DNA from: Guillardia theta CCMP2712
Lineage: Eukaryota; Protista; Cryptophyta
Direction of reading: 5' to 3'
Length of the DNA: 64,000 bases
NCBI RefSeq assembly: GCF_000315625.1
Contig: NW_005434656.1
Span: 758,645 to 822,644 of the forward strand
The translations under genes and the position numbers were made by a program. The notes beneath the pieces were generated by a model. That model made no database searches, was not told the origin of the DNA, and saw nothing but the letters and a program-made list of their open reading frames with translations. How positions within the stretch are numbered: the first letter of the stretch is position 1; each line of letters starts with the position of its first letter. Positions 36,914-50,169 of the stretch are shown piece after piece.

Positions 36914-37887
36914 TCAGATCGTGTCCTCGCGATGAAGCTTCACCGAGTTAAGGGAGGCCTTGATCAAGTCGTCGGCCGTACTCCCGATCTGCCTGTTCAG
37001 CTGCGTGCTCGAGTCAGCCGACTAAATCGGACCAGAGGAAGGGAAAGGGGAGCCTCCACTAGGACTGCTGAAGGGAAGGGGGGGGGCGGGGGAATGGGGG
37101 GATGTTGGACCAACCTTGGCAGTCTCTTTCGACTGGTTGAAGCTTTCTTTCCGAGGATCGTACAAGGAGGCATGAATACCTGGACATTCAACTCTCACTC
37201 TACTTCATTGCGAGAGTCTGATCGCTCTTACCGATGGGCTCAACCACATATTGGTTCGAGTGCTCCGAGGAGGCGGACGAGATCGTGTTGGTTCTTGAGG
37301 ACAAGCGGTGCGCTACCTTGAAGCTTTCGTGCAGGCAGTTCTTGAGGCTCCTCATGTCTCTGTGAGCAGCATGGAAGTCATTCTTGGGACTGTCTTGGCT
37401 CACTTGGACGGCATTGTTGTCGAGACCTGTAGACGGGGTCAGGTACCATCGCACAGCTGAATTCGAAGACCTTTGCTCGACGTGGAGCTGCTCGAAGATG
37501 ACTTAGTGTCCGACGAGGGCTTCTTGGAGGGTTTGGAGGACCTGCTCACTGACTCGGTGCGAGATAATCTCCTCTGGCTGCTACTGCTGTCCGCCGACTG
37601 GGATCTAAGGAACACCTGGCTCGACGGTGTCACCTACTCGGTCATGCAGTAGACACAATGACAATTATACCTCCAAGGATCGTTCTTTGTCTAAGAGGAG
37701 CTTCTCAAAGCGATCTGCGCGCTCTTTCTGCACTTCGACCTCCTTCTTGATGTCTCCATCACCACCCAGGTTGATCTTCAGTGCATCATTGATGAATCCG
37801 AAGAATTCGTCGATCACGTTGGGCATGGGATCCAAGGGCTCAGACAAGGAATAGCTTTGAACTTGAGAGATGGAGCAAGACCGTCCT
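36914..37887 (-). CDS. Hypothetical protein with a short coiled coil and a Ser-rich region
   Basis: Exons PNVIDEFFGFINDALKINLGG..ERADRFEKLLLDKERSLE, VFLRSQS.. and LNRQIGSTADDLIKASL, with GT-AG introns. Start not resolved. Confidence 0.45.
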
Positions 37888-38699
37888 GAAGGGGAGGGAG
37901 GAATGGGTGGAGAGAGGGAGGGAGGATGGGAGGGAGGGAGGGAGGGAGGGAGGGAGGGAGGGAGGGACAAAAATTGCACGAAGAGGGGACTTGGATCAGA
38001 GTTGAGGTTTCAGGTACCAAGCGCTTCTTCTCATTGAGGGGGTGGGGGTGATGGAATAATGATCATGGGTCAGCGCTAGGGGGTAGTTTTACCTGTTTGG
38101 ACCCTACCCTGTCTTTCATGCAGGCCAATTACACTTAAATTGAGTACCCCCCCCCCTAGACCTCGCGCAACTTCTGTACTCAACCCACCACCCTACCTTC
38201 CCCACAAGCAGTCAAAGTTCAGCCACCCCTCCCAATACCCAAATATCACCCCACCCTTTGACCATTTTTTCAGTCACACCATTTCCTCTTTGTCTCTTGC
38301 CCGACTTGCGCGCCGCGCTCAACTCAACTTATGTACCCCCACCCCACCCCTTTGTCAACTTTCTTCGACCTTGTCAAGACCCCCCCATCAAAATGTCAAC
38401 GAGGGGGTCCTATGGTGGATCTTGAGTCAGTGAGTCCTGCCGGTACCCGTACGGTCCGACGTGACGTGACATGTCCGGTCCCTGGCCCCTGGGGCCGACT
38501 CGGTTGAGTTCCCTATTGTGAGTACCGGTGGTAGATAGTGGGAATCTGCTAGGAAGTGGGGGTACTATCAACTTGAGGGGTGCCACCGCGGAGCCTCGGG
38601 AACGTACACCACAAAGGTACCCCCTCCTTTCATATGATTTTCACTAGCAAGAAGGGGGTACGAGGAAAGATATAAGTCAATTGTTACATTTTAAACTTT

Positions 38700-38850
38700 T
38701 CGCTGTCTTTGAAGAGTCTCTTCTCGCCGTATCTTCCCTCTCCTCATTGTCCTGGTACTGATTTTTAACTTAACTTTAACCAAAACTTGTCAAGCCTCCT
38801 CCACTTCATCGTCGTCTTTACTCAAAGTTAAGTTAAAAAGATCGTCATGG
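38700..38850. repeat. Dispersed repeat copies B and C arranged as an inverted pair
   Basis: TTTTTAACTTAACTTT (38762-38777) versus AAAGTTAAGTTAAAAA (38824-38839). The flanks are homologous to 53110-53222. Confidence 0.8.
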
Positions 38851-39319
38851 CGGCGCGCGGCAATCGCCGCCGGATACCGGCGCCGTTCGGCGGGGGGGCC
38901 GGGCCGGCCCGACAGCTGAGCGGCCCGGATGATCCCGGAGTCCGCATCATACTGATGATCGGCCGGTCCGACTCGGCGACGGTCCCCAGTCACTGAGTGC
39001 GCGCCCCCCCGGGATCACTGAGAATAGAACCGTGGGCCGGTCGGTCGCCTTTGGCACTGCAGTTGCCAGGATCGTACCGTACGGTACTGTATGATAATTA
39101 TTTATCCATCAAAAATACCGTACATGACTGAGTGAGATCGGACTCGTGTGGCGAGGCCCTGAGGCTCAACGTCCCACCCGTCGGCGGCGGCGGGCCGGGG
39201 GGCCAGTAGCCTGTGAGCGTTCGGGTTGAAGTTCTGGGACCGTCTGGCGGGGAGGCACCAGCCTGCCGCAGTCCGTCGGCCGCTCACTGCTCGGCTGGCG
39301 GCGCTCAGTTCCGAAGCCT

Positions 39320-41239
39320 TCACAACTGCACATCGCGGAGCATGCTGGCATCAAGATGAGGAAGGTTGCTGTTACTGAAAGCACTCTTAGTCAGCCAGCT
39401 CAAATGAATGGCGTCAGTGCGAAAGAGATCGCTGAACAGGAACAAGAAACTTGAAAGAAGGAGAAAAGGAGAGAAGGAGAGAAGGAGAGAAGGAGAGAAG
39501 GAGGGAAGGAGAGAAGGAGAGAAGGAGAGAAGGAAAGAAAAGAGCACTGCCAACAAGCTTGCCACACCTGAATATTCCAGACCCGAATTCGAAGCCTTCA
39601 ACCATAAAAATTTAGAAGGAACATTCAAGTCATCAAGCCGCTCACCAGCCATGGATCCTGCGCCCAAACGCGGAAAGATTCGACATTGCCAGGAGTAGAA
39701 GACTGAGAAATTGTATGCGGCGGACCTGGGTCATCGTAAGCAGAGTCTATCCCTCACCCGTGATCTTCACTCATTCGCACCCGACTCGGTTTGGAACAGG
39801 AGCGGAGCAGACGATCAGGTTGTAGTTCGGCTCGTCCAAGACCATGTGCAATCTTCTCATCGTTCTGTGCAGCCGACACGAGTCAGGTCCCAGCCCCACC
39901 TGGCAGCAGACCGAGACCTGTGCAAGATCGCAACGAAAGATTTCCTCTCTTCCTCGGACATAGCATGGAAGTACGCCTGATGCTGTGCGAGGCTCTGACC
40001 GACAAAAAGGAAGTCAATCAACCGACTGACCTTGAGGGGAAGGATCCACGTCTCGAACGGGCAGATCGCAGCGAAAGGCACGAACGCCATGAAGTGCTCG
40101 TTCCTTTCGATCACTCGCTCCCCAGCCTCCAGCTCTTCCTCAGCCCTGCACGGTGAAAGCAAGAGGAGACAAATCAGGCCGACAGTGCTGTCAAAGGCTG
40201 AGAGCTTACATCTGCACGAAGACAGACTTGCCATGCTTGGTGTAAAACTCCTCGCAAACCTTCATTTGAACTTCAACCTGCAGCGGGACGGTCGGCAGAG
40301 TACGGCGAGGAGGTTAGCAGAAGATCACCTGCCGGGGAATCACAGGTAGAGCAACGATCTGCGAGTGAGGATGCAGGAGAGAAGCCCCTGCCGTGCCTCC
40401 GTTGTTCTTGAACAGCATGACCTGCGAACCAAAACAGTCGGTGGAGAAGAGACGAAGAATCGGGAAAAGAAGAACTGCGATACATGCTTCACGAAGCGGT
40501 CTTTGTGCCTGTGACACGCATTGCAAGCAAGTTATCAGCAACAGTCACAATACAAGAACGCTCATTACAGATCTGCGCTGCGTTCCATCCACGCTCTCAC
40601 CATGAAATCCAATGATTCACGATTCCCTGTTGCTATGATGTAGTTGTGCTGTGGGTTTTCGATGCACACTTCGTGATGCCCAACTGCCGGCATCTCATTG
40701 TTTGTTATTCTCCCGTCTGCAAAGATGTGATGATGGTTGTCTTTGGTCGCGTTGAGGCATGTGAGCGGAGTCACTGCTGGATATTTGTTCTGGATGACTC
40801 TGAGATCCCAGGCATTGGGATCGCGAAGAGATTTGTACTCTAAGATCGCCTTGGGCGTCATATGCTCGTTTCCCATGCAAAAAGGACAGGTGATCTCATA
40901 GGTTAGACAATCTTTCGCGTACTGCTTGGTAAGAAAGCTCACAGTCTGCTTTGGGCGATTGGCTCGAGCCATTGAATACACAACCCACTTGCGAAACAGA
41001 AGTAAGATGAGTAGAGAGCGCAGAAAGAATGTAACAAGAGGGAACAATAAGTACGAGTACGAGGACATCTCGTGAACACTTACATCTCCGGTCGCTGGGT
41101 TCTGCCGAAACATCTTGTCGGACAGCTGCTGAGTCTGGCTGGACGAGTCTTCGTCGGAGCAGAGGGACCTTGACGGGAAGGAGATTGCGTTCAAACATCT
41201 CCTGCTTCCTCTCGCACGAGCATTTCCGCGGCTTGACAT
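39320..41239 (-). CDS. galT: Galactose-1-phosphate uridylyltransferase-like (GalT / ADP-glucose phosphorylase-type, HIT superfamily)
   Basis: RQNPATGD/WVVYSMARANRP, CPFCMGNE, RVIQNKYPA, GHHEVCIENPQH, FKNNGGTAGASLLHPHSQI, PFETWILP, GFEFGSG. Start uncertain. Confidence 0.9.
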
Positions 41240-41587
41240 CGCACATACTGCTCGATCTGCTGCTCTCCCGCACCATGATGGCTCTGCGCATCGCATCCGC
41301 CTTGCTAGCATTTTCCGCCCCTACAACAAAAGAACCCCACCCTCAGAGTTTTAATTCTGCCCCACCCCTACCCCCTCAAAAGTCCACCACTACCACCATC
41401 TCCAACGCAAGCACCCAGAGGTACACTATAGCTTTTCATTAGCTAGTTCAAGGCCCATTCTTCTCCTCTCCCTTGTATTGCTGCACGGCCTGGGATTCCA
41501 CTCTCACCCCTACCCGTACGGTCACTACCCCAGCAACATGGCCGCCCCCATCACTTCAACTCGCCCCCCGACGCCATGCAGCAGGGG

Positions 41588-42734
41588 ATGGAGCTGGCAG
41601 CGAGTACGGTGTGGGTGAGGGGGCAGCATCTGACGGGGAACGGCGTGATGCTCTCCAAGGTGACGTCATGGACGAGCGAGAGCAGAGAGCACATCGATAG
41701 CGACTGACGTGCTCGCAGAGCCGCATCATCACCTCACGGCAGATAGTCTTCACCTACCACGTGAGCACCGTCACTGCTTGCTTGCGTGCCATGGTCGATA
41801 GTTGTGATAGTAGTGATAGCGATGACAGTTGTGATAGTGATGATAGTTGTGATAGTTGTGATAGTTGTGATAGTTGTGATAGTTGTGATAGTGGTGGTGA
41901 TGATTATTGGGTTGCAGGAGGCAACCTTGTCGGAGGTTGACTACTTGGACCAAGAAGAAGGCGTCGTGTTCACAACTGCCTGCGATCCATCCAGCTGCTT
42001 TCTTTCCAATCAGAGGCTGGACATGACTATAGTACGTGATTCTTTGTATCAAGTTCACTATTTGTCACTCAATCTGATATGTTACTCCCTTCGACAACAG
42101 GTTGGGGTGGATCCAGAGTTTTGTAACAGGTCAGCATGCATGTAATTGGGAGGAGTAATCTCTAACTTGGCCGGAAGATGCAAGCTGCAGCCTGTGACAG
42201 TGCACGATGGGCGATTAGCGCGGGGGAATGAAGTTGTAATGGTGAGCAAGTTGGGGGGTGCGATAGAAGAGGAGACCACCATCGCAACAAGGTGCTGGTC
42301 CTGCATGTTTGGCGCGAGGATGATTGTTCCTGCATTGCTGTAGGTTGGTGGTGGAGGAGGTGGGCGAGAGCGAAGTGTTCCTTTCTCCAGTCGATGACCT
42401 GACAAGTGGAGTGCTTGGAAGTCCGATCTTCAAGGTTGAAAAGCGCATGCGTCACTGTTGCTTGATTGAGCATTTTTGACAGGACAAGAGCCTCGTTGCC
42501 ATTGTAGTCAAGCTAAAGCAGGAAGAGGGCGGATTGAGGGCGCTGATGATTGAAACTGTCTTGGACAAGCTAAAGAAAGTTCGGAGCATGCTGCTTGATG
42601 ATGCGGTCTTTATGAGTGACTCCTGCACAGAGACAACAGCTGGAGCATGCTCTTGGGGCAGATGGTAATTCTTCCTCGAATGGGATAGTCGAGCAAAGGG
42701 TGAGAACGAAGAAAATCTCCAAGCTAAAAAGGTG
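41588..42734 (+). CDS. Degenerate trypsin-like (S1/Trypsin_2) fold protein, probably catalytically inactive
   Basis: Spliced exons IVFTYH/EATLSE..DPSSCFLSNQRLDMTI/VGV..LTSGVLGSPIFK/DKSLVAIVV..ALMIETVLDKL resemble the LDFTLVAV and GSSGSPVFN..LVALHH motifs. Confidence 0.45.
41797..41895. repeat. (GATAGTTGT)n 9-mer minisatellite in an intron
   Basis: Visible tandem array. Confidence 0.9.
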
Positions 42735-43533
42735 ATGGAAGTTGGGATTAACGTGTTCTTTGATGCAGTTGGAGGGATCACACTGAAATGTTTCTTGTCC
42801 CAGGATGTTGGGAAAGGCTCAGTCAGAGGCGAACTTCGTAGGAATTGCTGCAGCAGGCGCCGTAGCTCTGACTGTTGTCTCTCTTGTTGTCGTTTTTCTC
42901 CGTTGGCGAAGATAAAAAGATCGGGCCGAACAGGCTAGTCACGAGTCGAATGAAAGCGGCCCGCCGCCGCGCCGACCGGGCCCGGCCTGTGCGCGGCAGA
43001 CTGCCGGGGGCCGGCCTGATCCCCTGCCTGCCTTCGGAGCCCCGCCGGGCGCCGCCCGCCTGCCAGTGGGCGCCGGCGGCCCGGCCGGGCCGGGTGCCTG
43101 CCGGGCGCCTGAGCGGAGTTGTGGGGGGACGAGGTTTTCACATCTCGGCATGGCCGAGAGAAGGGACTGAAGACAAACAGGAACAGAGGCGAGAGGAGCG
43201 GAAGGAGGAGGAAGAGGAGAAGGAGAAGGAGGGAGAGGAGAAGGAAGCAGGAGAGGCAGAGTACAAGCTTCGGTCCTCTCATAGCGGGATCGATACACCC
43301 AGAGGGCGTGAAGGGTATGGGAGGTTGTAGCGAGATGAAACAGTGTAGTCCTTGTTGCTGAGGAGGGGGAAAGATCTTTGGAGGATAGGTGACTGTCTGG
43401 CAGCGAGAAAGAAGCAGAGGTGTCTTGACCATGGAGATCAGCTAAGGGGGCCACCTCAAGCTGAGGCAAGTCCGAGAGGCCAACCAAGGAGGGGAGTATA
43501 AGGGAGTAGAGCATCGAAATTAAGAGCACGGGG

Positions 43534-44681
43534 ATGGTGTGTAGCGCCGACGAATCGGAGAGAGCCGAGCAGGACGAGCTGAGCAAAGATGTCCTCTTGA
43601 TAGTGTTCAAACGGCTTCCTCTCGATGTCTTGCGCCATGTTCTCCTCGTTTGCCGACACTGGAGGGTTTCAGCCCTTGACCCGAGCCTTCCTGCATGGCG
43701 TGAGTGATGGGGCTTGATGGAGGAAGCAATCATCTAACATCATTGTCTTCACGCAGACACGTTGTCTCCTGAGACTTTCTGCATGCTCGTCCCTGAACAC
43801 CATAACCATGCCATCCACAATGTCGAGCGAGCACGGCATAGTCACCTTGCGAGCAGGCCTCCTTGTGCAAAGAGCAGGTCAGAGAGGTGCACTATCAAAC
43901 GGGAGGAACTGCTGGAGGCTTGCAGAAGATGTACAGAGCTGAGGGAGGCTGATCTGCGTACCGTGAGCCACCTCGACAACGAAGCCTTGATGCATGTCGC
44001 GAAGCACTGCTCTAGGCTGTCGCGTTTGAGGATACATGACGTGATGAGTTTGGGCAGCAAGATCACCAGCGTCGGCTTGATTCACCTCACCAGGATCTGC
44101 TCCAACCTGACTTTTCTAGACATCTCATACACAGTCTGCTCTGACAAGGCTCTCGAGTATATCGGCAACCTCCCTGAACTGCGATCGTTGCATATGCAGG
44201 TAGTTTCATCATGTCAAGTGGCAGGAAGGGCAGAGGAGAAGAGGGCGAGAGCGAGGATGTGATGGTGCAAGTGATGACTGCTAGCTGATGGCTCCTCAGG
44301 GCTGCTCGAGAATCAAAGGACAATCTCTGCCGTATCTCCTGTCCCAGTGCACCAAGTTGGAGGAGATCAACCTGTACAGAACGAGCGTCACCGCCTCCAT
44401 TGCAGCAAAGCATCTGTCGAAAGCCATGAGGACGCGGCCTCTGCGGGTGAATATGCTGAATCCAGACGGTTGTCTTGAGATGTTCTTCCTCGTACTCCTC
44501 TGAGTCTGATGGTTTCCAGACCTTCCCAGTGCTGTGGATCTTTGGTCCTGCTGACTCTCTGCCGATTGTTCGTTGTGATGTGAGCTATCAGGTGTGGGAT
44601 GTGCAGCAAGAGGTTGTACTCTCGCTTGCAGTCCTACGTGAGCAGCCGGCGCTTCATTGCGATCACGAGATGATGGGTTGA
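43534..44681 (+). CDS. F-box/LRR protein (FBXL-like)
   Basis: F-box LSKDVLLIVFKRLPLDVLRHVLLVCRHWR. Cys-containing LRRs CTELREADL, CSRLSRLRI, CSNLTFLDISYT, CTKLEEINL. Confidence 0.88.
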
Positions 44682-44989
44682 ATGGCAGGTGACGATGCAA
44701 GACCCGACCAGCAAGGCCCTTTTTCATGTCTGTACCAACATCTCACCTGAGGTGAATGGGAGAGGTTGTTGATGATGGTGGGAGTAACAGCTTCTAGTGG
44801 ATGAATGTTGTCATCTGCGGATTGGTTCCAATCAGGTGGTTTGTTGCTCTTGCCCTTGTCGGACGCTCGCTGATGCACGTTGAATCTAGATACAGTTGCA
44901 TCAATCGCTGTCATGCTGCCTGTGGAGGTTTGATGATGTAAGCCTATCCCATCCCCCTCCTCTCTCACACCTCAGCTCGATCCTTTATC

Positions 44990-46646
44990 TTCCTCTCTCA
45001 CCAACTCTCGCCTTCCCCTTGCTTCTCATCACACCTTCACTCTCAATTTCATGCCCTTTCCCCTGATCGTCACCATGCCCGGCAGCCACGGAGGAGGTGG
45101 CGGCAGCCACGGACAAGAGGACGAAGGCAGCTGCAGGTCGTCGTTTCGCTTCACTGTTGTGTGCGGACGACCACCACTCGGAGAGGTTCGTAAGATCTGA
45201 AGGTGAAGAGAGACTAAGGAGCAGGTGCAGGGACATCCATTTGCCATGATGACGAGCACAGTGAAGAGAGCGTAAGATAGGCAGTGCGTGACAACCTAGA
45301 ATTTCTTTTCTTTTATTCAGTCGCAAGTGTAACGTTGCTCCTCACAAAACTCAATATCAACAAAATTCCCCATACATCACGAAGGGACTGGGCAAGAGGC
45401 ACACCACAACAGAGGCTACATAAAGTGTTAAGAACAGACAAAAAACCAGCGAGCAGACAGGTGTCCACAACAAGTCTAAGACCGAAAAACTGCTGATGAG
45501 ATTAACACGATGATCCGACGAGAATGATGAAGGAAAAATGGACAACATCTCTGCGCTCGTTCTGCCATAAGAATGTGCACGAAGAAAATTTCCAGTGAGC
45601 AGGTGCACACACAATCATCCCCTAAAGCGTGGCAATTCAAGACTGAGCCGAGGGGACGAATTGTGACTTGACCCTCTCGCTCAGTCCCTTGATCTCAGGA
45701 TCGAATTCAAAGTTCTTTAGATCCTCCGTGAATGTCAGACTCCCTGCTCAACCAGTCAGTCTACTCCGCCCATACTGACAGAAACAGGAGAACATGCCTT
45801 GTTGGTCTGGCGAATACCCATATTTTACAATGACCGAAGACAAAATTTCCGTGGCTTTAGGGATGGCCATCATGAAGAACTTCGCGATGTCAGTCCCGCC
45901 TGCATCGATCTTGTAAACAGAAGTAGGGAACTCAGACTTGAATGCTCACATTCTCCCCGTATTCTCGCGAGCTCGGCAGCGCACTTGGGATCTTCGAAGG
46001 CGCCGACCGACTCTCTAGCTGCCACTGTGCACAGGAGTCAGCACGGTGTCAACATAATCAGCAAGCAATGTTGCTTACTTCTTGCTGTTTCGACGTTGTC
46101 AATCCCCATGATGTTGTAATGATCTTTTGTACTAACGAATGCCACCAGGCGCGAGCAAAAAAAGAGTAGACCGCTTGCTTTTCACAAATTTAAAGATGGA
46201 GCCCCTGCTCCTTTCACCTAGACATTCAAGATTAGCGGTTATGACACCAAAAATAAAATAATTGCATGATAAGGCGCGAGGGAAAGAAGAGTTCATCATC
46301 AGACTAAGCAAGTTTTCTATGAACTATCACCATAGCAGGTTCTCATATCTCACCCCAGGCACAATGTTCATCAACCTTGCTACGAACAAAATAGTATTGC
46401 GATAACCATTGCCGAAGTAATGCTTGCATTATGGCAAGGGACTGCTTCACCTCAGATCTTTGCTGTCTACACTCATTGAATGTATCTGAACCCAGAGCGC
46501 GACAGGCATCAAGCAAGCAGTCGATTCTTCTGCTAGCTTCATCACAATCTCAATACATGTGCATCCTCTTATCTCTCCAACGTCAGGGTGCCCACGGTCA
46601 ATAACTCTCACTTCACATCACTGCCATCTTCTGACGAATCCTCCAT
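44990..46646 (-). CDS. Hypothetical many-exon protein, possibly membrane-associated
   Basis: Candidate ATG (MEDSSEDGSDV) followed by short open exons with GT-AG boundaries (IDCLLDACRALG, IDAGGTDIAKFFMMAIP, SLTFTEDLKNFEFDPEIK) and hydrophobic segments. Gene model unresolved. Confidence 0.3.
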
Positions 46647-47647
46647 ATTCCATCGTCACGATCACGCACTCCGCCCCTTCCACAGGATAACCAACTTGAG
46701 GTTATGGCTAGCACCTACCTTGACCCCCACCCCCTTGTGTTTGCGAAGTCTCCATTTGTCATGACATACATGAAATACACTAATACTCTAATCGAAATAT
46801 ATCGGACCTTAGTGCACATGGTTTGAAATTCTTGACCCCTACCACATCCGACCCACGAGTGAGATAACCCAAGGTTGCTGAATAACCAATATTGGCTTAT
46901 TAGCAGATATCCCTACAGACAAGGCGCGGGGACTGGCAAATGAGTGGGTGGTAGAACAATGATGGGGGGTACTCATGTAGGATGGTCTGTAGGATATTGC
47001 TTTCTGTCGTATATCGTATATGAAGTTGGTCCTAGGGGGTATGCACCATGTGTGAACAAGGGGGTACTCTAAGGAAAAGATTCAAAAGTGACGGTAGGGT
47101 AGTCATGTTGGTCCTGAGTCCTAGACCTCGGTTAGGAAGTAGTTCCTACCACATTTGGCTAGGGGGTGGGGTGCAAAAGTACCGGCTGCTTTCCCTTGTT
47201 TGCCATGGTCTTCGTAGGGTGGGTAGTCATGGAAGATTCTCTTGGGGAATAGAAATTCGAAAACAAAAATAGAGATTTAAATAAAGGGTCGAAAGAATTC
47301 TCTAGATTGCATAACCGTCAGTGTAACGATGTTCTAGATCTCAGCTACCTACGAGAGGGGGGCAAAAAGGGTCAGCAACAGAGCATTCTAGAAGAAACGG
47401 GTATGGGGGTCGCACCTGCTGACAAGGATGGCAGGATACCGAATGCGAGCTTTTAAGATTTTTCACCGGATAGCAGCCGGCCTGATTGCTCATTGGGGCT
47501 CATAACCTTCGATCCTTTTTGCTCCTGGAGGTGGTAGTCCGGTGCCGGGCCGTTCAGTACAAACCGGCCCGGGTGATTCCGGATGCCGGGCCCGCTGCCT
47601 CAGTGCAGGTGATGGGTTCTCAAGAGACCCGTCTGCTGGGGGCATGC

Positions 47648-50135
47648 ATGGCGGAGGAGGAGGGTGAGATGGAGGCTGGAAGAGTGAGAGGAGGAGGAGG
47701 AGGAGGAGGAGGAGGAGGAAAGGCTTCAAGCTGGCTGATGTTCGTGAGCAAATCGCTGCTCGAGCAGGGAAAATCGGTCCTGCCCGTATGCCTGTTCCTC
47801 ATGGGATTCCAGGTCATTGTGTTGGGGCAGGAGGTGAAGCAATACAAGGAGCTGCTCCTTGGTCTCTTGCTCGCTGTGGTGGGCCTTGCTCTCTTCACCT
47901 TCGGGCTTCTCAACGGCCTCATGCCTATGGGGGAGAGGATCGGGCTTCGCCTGCCCTCTATCCTCCCACTCTCCTCTGTGCTCTTCATCGCGGCAATCTT
48001 GGGAGTTGCCGTCACTCTCGCAGAACCAGCCCTGGGTGTCGTCAAGACGGCAGGATCATTAATCCAGCCTCAACATGCTCCGAACTTGCATGCTCTCCTG
48101 CACTCGAGGCAGGACCTCCTCGTCCTTGCCGTGGCTGCAGGGGTAGGACTCTCGTCCTCTCTTGGGATGCTGCGGATCCGGAGGAGCTGGAGCCTCAAGT
48201 GGATTGTGATCGTGCTGGTCTTGCTCACCATCTCTCTGTCCATGTACGTTTACTATCGCACGAGCAAGCATGACGTCATCGGCCTGGCATGGGACTTGGG
48301 CGCCGTCACAACAGGGCCAGTCACGGTAATGCAGGGAGAGGATGGGGGGGGGGGGGGGGGGGAAAGAAACCTCAATGAACATTACATCTCATAATTACTG
48401 GCTAAACCTTATCTTACCATGGAGGGGAGGGTACTGGAAGCCGGGGGGAGGGGGGTCCCCGNNNNNNNNNNNNNNNNNNNNNNNNNNNNNNNNNNNNNNN
48501 NNNNNNNNNNNNNNNNNNNNNNNNNNNNNNNNNNNNNNNNNNNNNNNNNNNNNNNNNNNNNAGATGGCAAGATGGTGGGTGGTCTTCCTCCTCCCGCCAC
48601 CCCCCCCCGTCGGGGGTGTCAAAGTTGTCGTCTCCTTCATCCAGGGGGGGCGAGAGCAAACAGCATCAACACCTTATCGTTAAGAAGGAAAGGGGTTCTG
48701 GGCCCTCCTCCCGATGACAGGGGGGAAGGGGATTCATGAGGGAGGAGAGGAGAAAGAACGGAACCCTGCCGGGCAATGGCCCCCCATCCCAGGAACGCCG
48801 TACCGTGAGCAGCACTTGTTCGGTTCGTTTCCCCCAGTAATTTTCTTGTCTTGCATCTACTCCATCCTCGTGTTCCTCCTCCTCCTGTCGCCGCCCGCAC
48901 CGGCGGCGGTCGATTCTTCTCCATGCTCATGCCCTGGGGTTGGGGGGGGGGGAGGAGGAGGAGGCGAGCATGAGGCGAGGAGGAGGAGGAGGAGGAGGAG
49001 GAGAGCATGAGAGCGGTGCTTTCATGCGTATCAACCTACATGTGGATATGAGCCGTAGAGGATGAGAGGAGGGAGGATGGCAGGCGGTAATGTTTCGTTC
49101 TCATGCTCGTCCCTGAAGGTCCCACTTGTGATCGCACTTGGGCTCGGGGTAGCAACAGCAGGCAACAACCCCTCCCCTCTCACGGGCTTCGGGGTTGTCA
49201 CGTTCGCTTCCCTCATCCCCGTGATCACGGTACCTCTGCTCCCTTGGCTCTGCTTGCCCTGGCGGTGATTCCTGACGTCTGCTACCAGGTCCTCTTGCTC
49301 GCGCTGTCGCTCCCTAGCAACATCCTGGAGGAGCTGGAGGCGTCGACTAACTCCCCTTCCTTCCCCTCGGTCTCCCTGTTGCACTTGCAGCCTCTTCCTG
49401 GTTGTGAACTTTAGTGCAGCTGCAGAAGGGAGCCAACGAGCCCTCCTCCTCCTCCTCCTCCTCCTCCCTGTGGTACGACCAGACCCCCTACGCTGAGATC
49501 ATCGCTGGGGTGCGAGCGCTGGTCCCGCTCGCTGCAATCATGATCTTCCTTCTTCGATGTATCCTCCGGGATACTAGACAGCTTCTTGTCAGTCAGGAGG
49601 CGGGGAGGAGTCGGGAGATGCTCTGAACTTTGTGCCCAGGTCACACTCGAGCTTACCCCGGGCAGCAGCGTCATCTTCAAGGCTTCTGCAGCCCTCCTTG
49701 CCGCTCAGGTCTGTGCACTTCCCCCCCGCCCCCCCTCCTCCTTCCCCCCTCCTTCTTCCCGCTTTGCGAATCTTGAGCAGTACCTACTCTTCCTCTTCGT
49801 TTTCTGCCCTCTCCCTTGTCCCTCCCTCTGTCCTCGTCCCCCTCTCTATTCCCTACCTCCTGCGATAGAGTAACGCTCCTCCTCTGCAGATCGGCATCAT
49901 AGTGTTCAACGTAGGCCTCACTCAAGGTCTCTCTAAGCTGGGGACCATGGTAGGAGGCGTCATGCCCTCTGCCTTCACGAGCATGGAAGAGATCAAAGGT
50001 TTGATCTCAGTCCCTGTGATGTTGAGCTGATCCATCCTCGTCCACTTGAATCGCCTCGTCCTTCTCCTCTCCTTTGTCCTCTTCCTCCCTCTCTTGCTCC
50101 TCCTACTACTACACCACCACCACCACCAACACATT

Positions 50136-50169
<34 letters not shown>

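Noticed and set aside
10822-41239. Glycan-related gene cluster (PIG-L, GT4 pair, GalT-like)
   Set aside because: Interspersed with unrelated housekeeping genes; no evidence of co-regulation
48330-49030. ORFs flanking the N gap
   Set aside because: Homopolymer-rich, probably low-quality intronic sequence beside the gap
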